Below, piece by piece: positions 17,837-24,901 of a stretch of 64,000 bases of DNA. The notes below the pieces were generated by a model. It had not been told where the DNA came from. It saw only the letters and a program-made list of their open reading frames with translations, and did no database searches. Source of the DNA: a virus (taxonomy: Duplodnaviria > Heunggongvirae > Uroviricota > Caudoviricetes); IMG/VR virus record IMGVR_UViG_3300027770_000046; one strand, written 5' to 3'. A program made the position numbers and the translations under genes. Every line of letters begins with the position of its first letter. Position 1 is the first letter of the stretch.

Positions 17837-17955
17837 TTCTTATATGTTTTAATGTATTCTTTAATACACCATTTAATCATGTCCCATATGTAATACCTTT
17901 GCATAGGTTTACTTAGCTTGTATAAGCTCTCATAATAACTGAAATATTCATTCAT
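17833..17955 (-). CDS. micro-ORF (40 aa), paralogue of 14883-15056
   Basis: My own translation gives MNEYFSYYESLYKLSKPMQRYYIWDMIKWCIKEYIKTYKK. Its stop overlaps the PolB start codon in an ATGA arrangement. The DNA carries the repeat atgtattctttaatacaccatttaatcat, which matches atgtattcttttatgcaccatttaagcat at about 14945-14975. Confidence 0.35.
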   Translation of the reverse strand: MNEYFSYYESLYKLSKPMQRYYIWDMIKWCIKEYIKTYKK

Positions 17956-17956
17956 A

Positions 17957-18205
17957 TCATTTCTTTTTAACAGGTTTAGCAATAGGCTTCTTTTTAGATT
18001 CTAACTGCTGAATAGCAAACTCAAGAGATGCTGCTAATATTCTTTTAATATCTGCATTACTTTTAGCTTTGCTTGTTAATAACATACCAAATGCTGCAGC
18101 TAATGATGTATCATCACCAGCCATATCAACATTGATTACATCATTGTTAATACTCATAAAGAAATAACCTTTTACCTTATTCTCAACCTTTTTACTTATT
18201 GCCAT
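17957..18205 (-). CDS. hypothetical basic protein
   Basis: ORF 17957-18265. The likely start is MAISKKV (ATGGC), giving about 82 aa with a lysine-rich C-terminal tail (KKKPIAKPVKKK) suggestive of nucleic-acid binding. Confidence 0.4.
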   Translation of the reverse strand: MAISKKVENKVKGYFFMSINNDVINVDMAGDDTSLAAAFGMLLTSKAKSNADIKRILAASLEFAIQQLESKKKPIAKPVKKK

Positions 18206-18313
18206 ATTTGTCTTTTTTGTTTTTATTATTATCATTATCTGAATATGGTGCACTGAAGAATTCATATGCTACCCATATCCAGATGACAATAACAAAGATA
18301 ATAAAATATACTA

Positions 18314-18589
18314 TCATTTTCCAATGTTTTTTACCCTGATGAACAACTCTCTAGTTATTTCATATTCATCAGAATTGATGTACATAAAGTGACGTCCTTT
18401 TTTGTGTATGCAATCTACACGTCTAGATGGTTTATATCTACCTTTTGATTTGTCAGTAAATATAGCATCTATTAGTTTAGAACAAGCTTTTATTCCTTTT
18501 GTATAAGGAGAGTCTTGTTTAGATGATTCATACACATTGATTGTATGTGTGCTATGTGGTTTAGCACTGTAGACTAGGCTGTAAGACAT
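18314..18589 (-). CDS. hypothetical protein (91 aa)
   Basis: ORF in operon orientation. Confidence 0.45.
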   Translation of the reverse strand: MSYSLVYSAKPHSTHTINVYESSKQDSPYTKGIKACSKLIDAIFTDKSKGRYKPSRRVDCIHKKGRHFMYINSDEYEITRELFIRVKNIGK

Positions 18590-18607
18590 GATGTGTTAGT
18601 TTATTAG

Positions 18608-18916
18608 TTAGAAATAAAATGTCATTCCTGTATCAGATATCTCTATTTTGCTTGGCTTACCAAAGCTAATAGATTTTTTCATGCTCACAATAGGAGTGGT
18701 TGTCACTTCCTTTGTTCTTTTAGTATATGTACGCTTCTGAGGCATACTCAATATTTTATAATAGACTCCTATTACAGGTCTATTGATTGCATTAGCCACA
18801 AGAGTAGCTAACTTACGCTTAGACAATGGTTTAAAGCTATTCTTGTTAGTAGCTACCATTGCTTTGATTGACTTTAATTCCTTACTGGAATAGTTAGTCT
18901 GTCCTTTACTTTTCAT
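18608..18916 (-). CDS. hypothetical basic protein
   Basis: ORF 18608-19024. An internal Met (MKSKGQ...) avoids the overlap with 18942-19181. Confidence 0.4.
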   Translation of the reverse strand: MKSKGQTNYSSKELKSIKAMVATNKNSFKPLSKRKLATLVANAINRPVIGVYYKILSMPQKRTYTKRTKEVTTTPIVSMKKSISFGKPSKIEISDTGMTFYF

Positions 18917-18941
18917 GTGTATGTATTTGATTGTTAATAAA

Positions 18942-19181
18942 TTACTTTTTGTTTTCAAAGAATTCAATTGTTTCTGGACTACCTGTAAGTTTCTTATATA
19001 TGATTTGAGCCTTTGCAGCACCAATAGCAGTTTTATAACCTGATAAGGCCAATCCTGCCACTTTTAAATCTTTGTTACTGTAATACATCGTAGCAAGACT
19101 ATCACCCATATCTCTTGTTACATTAATTACATCTGTTACGTTAATTGTTTTAATTACTGGTGTTTTTGTTAATTTTGACAT
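18942..19181 (-). CDS. hypothetical protein (79 aa)
   Basis: ORF in operon orientation. Confidence 0.4.
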   Translation of the reverse strand: MSKLTKTPVIKTINVTDVINVTRDMGDSLATMYYSNKDLKVAGLALSGYKTAIGAAKAQIIYKKLTGSPETIEFFENKK

Positions 19182-19693
19182 GTTTTTTGTTTTAATTGTC
19201 TTTGTAATTTAAGTGATTTTCTTTTTAGTTCTACTATTTCTTGACTAATATCTGAAGGTTTTAAAGATGTATAGTTAATAAGAAGTTTTTTTACATATTT
19301 TTCAGATAAACTATCAATATGTTTTCTATTATACCTTTTTATAGAGTTTTTGTTAATCTCTTTAGTTCTTTCAGGATTAGCCATTTGCCATTTTGATACT
19401 CTAGCTTTTAGTTTATCTGTATATTTTTTATAATATGTTCTTTTATAAGAACTGTCTAACTGTTTGGTTCTTTCAGGGTCTTTATTTCTATGAGCTTTCT
19501 TAATGGCTTTTACCCTTTCAGGATTGTTTGTCTTCCATCTATTAATACCTTCTGTTACTTTAACATAACACATATAGCGTATAAATATCTTATCTTTATC
19601 TTTATATTTAGATCTAGATTTAAAAGAAGATTGACGCCATTTAGTCCCACCACAGTGAGGACATACCTTATCAGGTATAATTACTGTAGGCAT
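19169..19693 (-). CDS. zinc-ribbon protein with tandem basic NPER-repeat motifs (possible DNA-binding)
   Basis: CPHCGGTKW...C..V zinc-ribbon-like N-terminus. Repeats W(K/Q)x(N/A)NPER(V/T)K(A/E)I(K/N)K occur twice, plus NKDPERTKQL. Start chosen at MPTV (19693) because the upstream part of the annotated ORF is overlapped by a terminator hairpin. Confidence 0.5.
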   Translation of the reverse strand: MPTVIIPDKVCPHCGGTKWRQSSFKSRSKYKDKDKIFIRYMCYVKVTEGINRWKTNNPERVKAIKKAHRNKDPERTKQLDSSYKRTYYKKYTDKLKARVSKWQMANPERTKEINKNSIKRYNRKHIDSLSEKYVKKLLINYTSLKPSDISQEIVELKRKSLKLQRQLKQKTCQN

Positions 19694-19718
19694 TATAATT
19701 TGATTTAATATGAATAAA

Positions 19719-19742
19719 AAGCCCCACATTTCTGCAGGGCTT
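19719..19742 (-). terminator. intrinsic terminator downstream of the 19773-19958 gene
   Basis: AAGCCC-cacatttctgca-GGGCTT hairpin. It is followed on the minus strand by ttttta. Confidence 0.5.
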
Positions 19743-19772
19743 ATTTACTTACTAACCACACACACATCTAAC

Positions 19773-19958
19773 CTAATTTCTTTGTAATGAGTTATTAATA
19801 TGTCTATACCATTCATTTATCTCTAATTGCTCTTCAGGTGTAGCTGTAGATTTAAGCTTTATCTCAAGCTTTAATGGCTGTTCTTCAGGCTTTTTGCCTT
19901 CAAATAAAATTTCATATAGCTTCTTCATCTCTTTGGTTTTTAATGATTTATCTTTCAT
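19773..19958 (-). CDS. hypothetical protein (61 aa)
   Basis: Small ORF. Confidence 0.4.
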   Translation of the reverse strand: MKDKSLKTKEMKKLYEILFEGKKPEEQPLKLEIKLKSTATPEEQLEINEWYRHINNSLQRN

Positions 19959-19964
19959 ATAATG

Positions 19965-20561
19965 TTATTCTGAGCCACCTATTTCAAATTCAGGTTCATC
20001 ATCCATATCATCCCAATCTTCTTCATCCTCAAGATACTCTTCTTCTATTGTATCATAGTCATCATCTTCATTTACATAGTCTGATTGTTTGATAATAACC
20101 TTGCCTGTATCATTGCCTTCATCATCAAGATATGTAATGGCTTCTCTGTCATCATTGACTTCAAGAGCTATGAGACCATCATTGTCTCCATTCTCACCAT
20201 ATATCCATTCATTGATAATCTTAGGTGAAAGATCTTCCAATACAATGTTCTCAAACCAGGCACCAGAATCATCTTCTGCACCATCATCATATTCCCACCA
20301 ACCTATATGCTCAGGACGTACAAGTATTTCTTCTACATCATCAGGATTGTTCATTGGTTGAATAATAAATGGCTCAACTGGTGCTCCATACTCAGACATA
20401 TATTCATACATGTCATTAGGAATCTCTTTTAGTTCATATATGGTGATATAGTTATATATCTTACCATAGACCACATCGCTGTGATCTTTCTTAAACCACA
20501 TACCCACCTCGAATCTTCTAGGCAGATATGATTTAAATACAAGTTTTGCTAATATAAGCAT
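19965..20561 (-). CDS. hypothetical highly acidic protein (198 aa)
   Basis: The C-terminal third is strongly acidic (DD, EE, DDEE runs). Confidence 0.5.
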   Translation of the reverse strand: MLILAKLVFKSYLPRRFEVGMWFKKDHSDVVYGKIYNYITIYELKEIPNDMYEYMSEYGAPVEPFIIQPMNNPDDVEEILVRPEHIGWWEYDDGAEDDSGAWFENIVLEDLSPKIINEWIYGENGDNDGLIALEVNDDREAITYLDDEGNDTGKVIIKQSDYVNEDDDYDTIEEEYLEDEEDWDDMDDEPEFEIGGSE

Positions 20562-20590
20562 ATCGTTTGTTTTTGATGATTAGTAAAAAA

Positions 20591-20616
20591 GGACCCTGCT
20601 AGGGGAAGCAGAGTCC
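20591..20616 (-). terminator. intrinsic terminator downstream of the 20702-20920 gene
   Basis: GGACCCTGCT-agggga-AGCAGAGTCC, a 10 bp stem with one mismatch. It is followed on the minus strand by a T6 run (ttttttac). Confidence 0.55.
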
Positions 20617-20701
20617 TAAATCTAACACACATATTACCAACCAGCCAATGTTTTTTGTAGCTTTAGTTGTGTTGTGTAATAACTAATTGATAATGTGTTC
20701 T

Positions 20702-20920
20702 TTATTTGATTATTTTCATCTCGTCTTCTTCTCCAGAGCTCACACCATACATAATAGCTGTAATGGTGAAATAGAAGAACATAACAACTATCCATATCTC
20801 TGATGTAACAGCCATATGATAGTTATATATAAGACCTGTAATTAGCAAAACAAATGCTAAAAGAATAAATGGTATGCTCCATAGGAACATAATGTTAATG
20901 ACGTGTTTGATTAGTTTCAT
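20702..20920 (-). CDS. small membrane protein (72 aa, two predicted transmembrane helices)
   Basis: Hydrophobic stretches FLWSIPFILLAFVLLITGLI and IWIVVMFFYFTITAIMYGV. Confidence 0.5.
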   Translation of the reverse strand: MKLIKHVINIMFLWSIPFILLAFVLLITGLIYNYHMAVTSEIWIVVMFFYFTITAIMYGVSSGEEDEMKIIK

Positions 20921-21008
20921 GTGTTAATGTGTTAAATGATTGATTAATAATGTGTTATATAATATATATCGCCTTTGGCACGCTAAAGGCTAATAGCTGA
21001 GATATATA

Positions 21009-21344
21009 TTATTGTAATTCATGAGGAATAGCAGGATATTTATGTATGTCCCAATATTCTGAGCCATCATATTCATGCCTATCCATCCAAATACCATTTG
21101 TAAACCATACTGTACCATATAGTTCTTGACTACCATAACCTGAATTATATTCAAAGTCAAGACTATTTAAGAACCCTTCAAGTTCAAGAGGTGTATGTCC
21201 TTGTTTAAGAATATGTGGTTTAGGCTCTTCGTCATCCCAATAACCATATGGATCAATATTAATACTAGCACAAATTATCTTTGTACCACCTAACCATTCA
21301 TCAATCTGCTTTATTTTATCTAATAGCTCTTGTTTAGCGTTCAT
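21009..21344 (-). CDS. hypothetical protein (111 aa)
   Basis: ORF in operon orientation. Confidence 0.5.
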   Translation of the reverse strand: MNAKQELLDKIKQIDEWLGGTKIICASINIDPYGYWDDEEPKPHILKQGHTPLELEGFLNSLDFEYNSGYGSQELYGTVWFTNGIWMDRHEYDGSEYWDIHKYPAIPHELQ

Positions 21345-21367
21345 AACTAATTGATTTAAAGAGGATG

Positions 21368-21604
21368 CTAAGCAGCAACCTCTTGATTAACAAAATGTTT
21401 CTCATATATATCCACACTCTTGAATAATGTCTCTATATCAGAGAATGGAAGATTCCATTTAGTACTAAGTGCAAAATAATACAAGTTAAAATCATCATCT
21501 GCAGTCATATGAGAAGCATATAATCTTCTAGACTCAGAGAGTTGTCTAACATTATCAAATGTATCACCTAATAATGTCTTAATCTGTTCTTGTGCTTTAG
21601 TCAT
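21368..21604 (-). CDS. hypothetical protein (78 aa)
   Basis: ORF in operon orientation. Confidence 0.5.
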   Translation of the reverse strand: MTKAQEQIKTLLGDTFDNVRQLSESRRLYASHMTADDDFNLYYFALSTKWNLPFSDIETLFKSVDIYEKHFVNQEVAA

Positions 21605-21794
21605 GTGTTTTTTATTTAATGCTATATATATTGTATTGTATAGCTGTTATTAATGATGTGTCAAAATGTGGTAATAAGTGGTAATACAAGCCACACCTAT
21701 TCTCATTCTCACAGATAAAATGTTGAAGATCAGTGTGTTATATTGTACATATTCCCACAACCCCTAGCCCCTACACCCACTTGTATATAAAAAG

Positions 21795-21814
21795 AAAGGG
21801 GTTTTACCCCCTTT
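21795..21814 (-). terminator. intrinsic terminator downstream of the first early gene
   Basis: AAAGGGG-ttttac-CCCCTTT perfect hairpin. It is followed on the minus strand by ctttttatat. Confidence 0.55.
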
Positions 21815-21825
21815 CCTATTAATAA

Positions 21826-22302
21826 TTACCAAGTTTCAGCGTCAAGGTTAGCTTTCTTCTCAACAATGTTAACTTTGATACGAGTGCCACCTTCAGGACG
21901 AGCAATAACAAACTTAACAACTTGTTCGCCTGTTGCTTCATCAATCAATGGTTCTTTGTTCTCAAGGTCTTGGAAGATTAATTGTCTTTGAACAGGATAA
22001 TCTAACATTTGACCAATAGTCATTCTACCACCACGAATAGATTTACTCAATCCTTTACTAAAACACAACAAGCCATACTCGCCTGTTTCAGCAGTATCTT
22101 CATAATCTAAGCGAATTGTCACACACTTAGTGTCTTCAGCATCACGAACATTCTCACTCAATGATTGAGAGATAGATTCGTTTAGATAATCACGAAATGA
22201 ACCCAAGATGTCACGCTCTGCAGCGTTAACATTACCTTGTTTTCTAATAGAGAATAACTTTGCAGTTTTAACTGCCTTTTTTGTTTGGCTGATAGTTGCC
22301 AT
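21826..22302 (-). CDS. hypothetical protein, first gene of the minus-strand arm
   Basis: The annotated ORF extends to 22434, but its N-terminal 44 codons are the G/C-tract and hairpin DNA of the switch region (they encode MGGEGTT...GGIPP). The plausible start is MATISQTKK (ATGGCA) at 22300-22302, giving about 158 aa. Confidence 0.45.
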   Translation of the reverse strand: MATISQTKKAVKTAKLFSIRKQGNVNAAERDILGSFRDYLNESISQSLSENVRDAEDTKCVTIRLDYEDTAETGEYGLLCFSKGLSKSIRGGRMTIGQMLDYPVQRQLIFQDLENKEPLIDEATGEQVVKFVIARPEGGTRIKVNIVEKKANLDAETW

Positions 22303-22723
22303 AGGAATGGTGGTTTTTGTTTTGGTGCTTATGACCTGCACACTTTTTGTTAATTGATTTGTCAACATAGGGGGGATACCCCCACATTGCTGATGATAGG
22401 GAGGGTCTGAATAGGTAGTACCCTCTCCTCCCATACATACAAAGGGGGTGGGGGGGCTATATAAAATTTTGTGTTCTTAGCTAGGGATAGTTCCATATGG
22501 AACGTCAAGGGATAGCTTGACTGTGGGGGATGTTTAGTCAAGCTATAGCTTTACATAATGTGTCTTATTATACCCATAAGCATATAGTTTGGTCTTTATA
22601 AGGGACATTATATCTTAGGGCATATAAAAATAAATTTGGTGGGTAAGAATATTTACCTGTATCTTTGGGGGGGATTTAGGGGGGGCCCTGCTAATACCTC
22701 CTCATTAAACAAAGCTTAGATAT
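22303..22723. promoter_or_regulatory. divergent strand-switch control region (probable bidirectional promoters/operators, possible origin)
   Basis: About 420 bp non-coding between diverging genes. Perfect palindromes TTCCATATGGAA (22491-22502) and AAGCTATAGCTT (22540-22551). Inverted repeat AGCTTGACT-N13-AGTCAAGCT (22514-22544). Direct repeats GGGATAG. G-tracts at 22370-22375, 22444-22456 and GGGGGGGATTTAGGGGGGGCCC at 22667-22688. A TAAATTTG Bacteroidota -7-like element near 22628-22635. Confidence 0.5.
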
Positions 22724-22969
22724 ATGGTAGTATTAAATGTGTTGTTGACAATAGTGGCTGTCCTTATGATAGCTGTAGTGATATGGGGGTTTGCCAATTT
22801 TGAAGAATGGGAATTTGGTATAGAGTTTCTCCCTAAGGATTACAATAGTTTTGAACTAGGGGTGTCTAATAGAAACTACGTTACAGACGATGGTGGATTG
22901 GAGCAAGAGCTTAGAATAGGCTTGCTTATATTCAGTGTTATTTTCCTGTTTAGGAGATTTGGTGCATAA
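22724..22969 (+). CDS. small membrane protein (81 aa), first gene of the plus-strand arm
   Basis: N-terminal and C-terminal hydrophobic helices (VVLNVLLTIVAVLMIAVVIWGF; IGLLIFSVIFLF). Confidence 0.5.
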   Translation: MVVLNVLLTIVAVLMIAVVIWGFANFEEWEFGIEFLPKDYNSFELGVSNRNYVTDDGGLEQELRIGLLIFSVIFLFRRFGA

Positions 22970-23047
22970 TATAGCATTAAGTTTTATAATAACTAAATTA
23001 GTTATTTGAAGATCAATGGAATATACATACCTTTGTCCTAACTAATT

Positions 23048-23407
23048 ATGGAAACCAAACCAAAATCTCCCATTGTACAGCGACTGAAAAAATCAGTGAA
23101 GGATGATATTGCCTTGGCTGAGAAGTATTATAGAATATTGTCAGCCATCAATGACCTTAAGCTCACAAATAGGGAGATACAATTAATTGCGTTTGCTGCT
23201 ATAAAGGGGAATATATCCTATGCTAATATTAGACAAGAGTTTTGCCTAACATACAACAGCACATCTGCTGCAATTAATAACATTATTAGTAAGCTGAAGA
23301 AGATGGGAGTGTTTGTAAAGGATGGGACAAAGGTGAAGGTCAATCCTCTTATTCTGCTGAACTTCGAGAAGGACATCATATTGCAAATAAGTCTAATACA
23401 TGGATAA
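23048..23407 (+). CDS. hypothetical protein (119 aa)
   Basis: ORF in plus-strand operon orientation. The N-terminal half could hold a helix-turn-helix, but I cannot confirm this. Confidence 0.5.
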   Translation: METKPKSPIVQRLKKSVKDDIALAEKYYRILSAINDLKLTNREIQLIAFAAIKGNISYANIRQEFCLTYNSTSAAINNIISKLKKMGVFVKDGTKVKVNPLILLNFEKDIILQISLIHG

Positions 23408-23786
23408 GCCTATAAGCATGTCTGTCAAAGACTTCCTAATTAGAACTCTGGCAGTGAAGATGTTGATAAGTGAGAAGACAATTGAGGCTGTAATAAACCA
23501 CCAGTTTCAGTCTGCAAACGAGGCGATGGATTTTAACAACAGTCTAGAGATAGCTGGCTTTGGTAAGTTCTATTTCAATGAGAAGAAGGCTACAAAAAGA
23601 ATTGGGGCATTGAACGCTAAGAAGACAGCGATGGAAACTATAATAGCAGATGAGACCACATCTGAACAAAAGAGACGTTCGTCTCAGGTGACACTAGAAA
23701 AAACAGAAGCTCTGATCAATTTGTTAAAAACAAAAACTATATATGAAGATCAACTTCTCTCAGATTTACGAGGGGTGGAAGAATAA
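23400..23786 (+). CDS. HU/IHF-like DNA-binding protein
   Basis: ...SLEIAGFGKFYFNEKKATKR... matches the HU/IHF arm region (e.g. IPGFGKFEVRERAARKGRNP). 128 aa. Confidence 0.65.
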   Translation: MDKPISMSVKDFLIRTLAVKMLISEKTIEAVINHQFQSANEAMDFNNSLEIAGFGKFYFNEKKATKRIGALNAKKTAMETIIADETTSEQKRRSSQVTLEKTEALINLLKTKTIYEDQLLSDLRGVEE

Positions 23787-23805
23787 CCTCTTTCCAGCAG
23801 ACGAC

Positions 23806-24090
23806 ATGAAGGAACATATAAGACAAGTGAGCCAAACAAGAATGGCTATTTGTGATGCTTGTGAATGGTGTTCTGAGAACAAACCTAAGAAACCTCGTAG
23901 GTTTGATAAACATTGTACTCATTGTGGGTGTGTTCTCTCAGCCAAGACTAAGTGTTTGTCTTGTGCTTGTCCCATAGAAAAATGGGTTGCAGAAATGGAA
24001 TCTAGAGATGATGAAAATCAATTAATACAAACAATATATGGCACAGAGGGAAGTAAAAATAGAGAGGATTCCACTGGACAGGCTAATTGA
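23806..24090 (+). CDS. Cys-rich zinc-finger/zinc-ribbon protein
   Basis: CDACEWC...HCTHCGC...CLSCAC is three CxxC pairs. ORF 23743-24090, with start chosen at MKEHIRQ just after the HU-like gene's stop. Confidence 0.45.
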   Translation: MKEHIRQVSQTRMAICDACEWCSENKPKKPRRFDKHCTHCGCVLSAKTKCLSCACPIEKWVAEMESRDDENQLIQTIYGTEGSKNREDSTGQAN

Positions 24091-24292
24091 TACGCTTGTT
24101 GACTTGTATAATAAAGGTATAGATTATGTAGATGTAGTGGGAGTTCCTGGTAAAGAATTCGATAGGATGGGCATAGCCTTCACTGGAGAATACATGACAG
24201 AACAGGGAAGAAAAAACTTTGAAGGTGTTGATCTAGAAGTGGAGATCAAAACTGAGAAGTTAACAGATGATGATTTAAATGAATTAATATAA
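24038..24292 (+). CDS. hypothetical protein (84 aa)
   Basis: ORF in operon orientation. Its start overlaps the previous ORF. Confidence 0.4.
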   Translation: MAQREVKIERIPLDRLIDTLVDLYNKGIDYVDVVGVPGKEFDRMGIAFTGEYMTEQGRKNFEGVDLEVEIKTEKLTDDDLNELI

Positions 24293-24297
24293 GACTA

Positions 24298-24582
24298 ATG
24301 AGTAAAAAGACTCAATATACAGAAGTGATTGAAATCTTACAAGAACTACATAAGGACTTTCCAACGTATAACATTGGAAGACACCTAGCAACAGCTCTTG
24401 CAGATTATGGTGATACGTGGGGACTAACAGATAAAGAGTTTGCATTTGCTCTTAGCAAATATAAGTCTGAAATAGAAATGGATGTTCCTCATACAGACGA
24501 ATCTGAACTAGAAAAAATAATCAAAGAGGGCATGGACCTCGATAATATCCTCAAGGAGGAGGAAGAAGATGGCGACTATTAA
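24298..24582 (+). CDS. hypothetical acidic protein (94 aa)
   Basis: ORF in operon orientation. Confidence 0.5.
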   Translation: MSKKTQYTEVIEILQELHKDFPTYNIGRHLATALADYGDTWGLTDKEFAFALSKYKSEIEMDVPHTDESELEKIIKEGMDLDNILKEEEEDGDY

Positions 24583-24901
24583 GAAAACTACATATGTAAA
24601 TACAGAGCTTGAATGGGCTGAGTCACAACTCGTTTCATGGAAAGCTTATGTGAATGCTAACCCACTACATGAATTGAAAGATAGGATTGAGTGGAAACCT
24701 ACAGCTAAAGGAGGAATGTTACCAATGGTGATAGCCTCTATAGAAGCTCAAGGTAAATTTGTCCAAGAGACAATGAAGAATTATTTAGCATTAATAGAGG
24801 TGGTTGATAAGCTAAGAAACATGGAAGAAGCAAAGGTGGAAGTGAGAGGTAAGGGTGAGTTATCAGGAGCTGCTGCTGAGTTCTTAGCAAATAGAAAATA
24901 A
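24569..24901 (+). CDS. hypothetical protein (110 aa), possible small terminase subunit by position only
   Basis: Immediately upstream of TerL with a 1 nt overlap. No recognisable motif. Confidence 0.35.
   Translation: MATIKKTTYVNTELEWAESQLVSWKAYVNANPLHELKDRIEWKPTAKGGMLPMVIASIEAQGKFVQETMKNYLALIEVVDKLRNMEEAKVEVRGKGELSGAAAEFLANRK

Noticed and set aside
2045-22000. Plus-strand ORFs inside the minus-strand arm (for example 2045-2338, 2555-2752, 2698-2880, 2777-3034, 3796-4161, 4941-5201, 5907-6122, 6477-6674, 9346-9531, 10282-10665, 13990-14184, 14901-15140, 15412-15633, 16631-16924, 19490-19708, 19874-20092, 20089-20361)
   Set aside because: All lie antisense within longer, motif-bearing minus-strand genes. 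They have low-complexity or hydrophobic translations typical of AT-rich antisense frames. 14901-15140 is the antisense of the micro-ORF at 14883-15056.
21826-22434. Annotated 202 aa ORF start (MGGEGTTYSDPPYHQQCGGIPP...)
   Set aside because: The first 44 codons translate the G/C homopolymer tracts and hairpins of the switch region. A start at MATISQTKK (ATGGCA at 22300-22302) fits the ATGGC start context seen at many genes here and leaves the control region non-coding.
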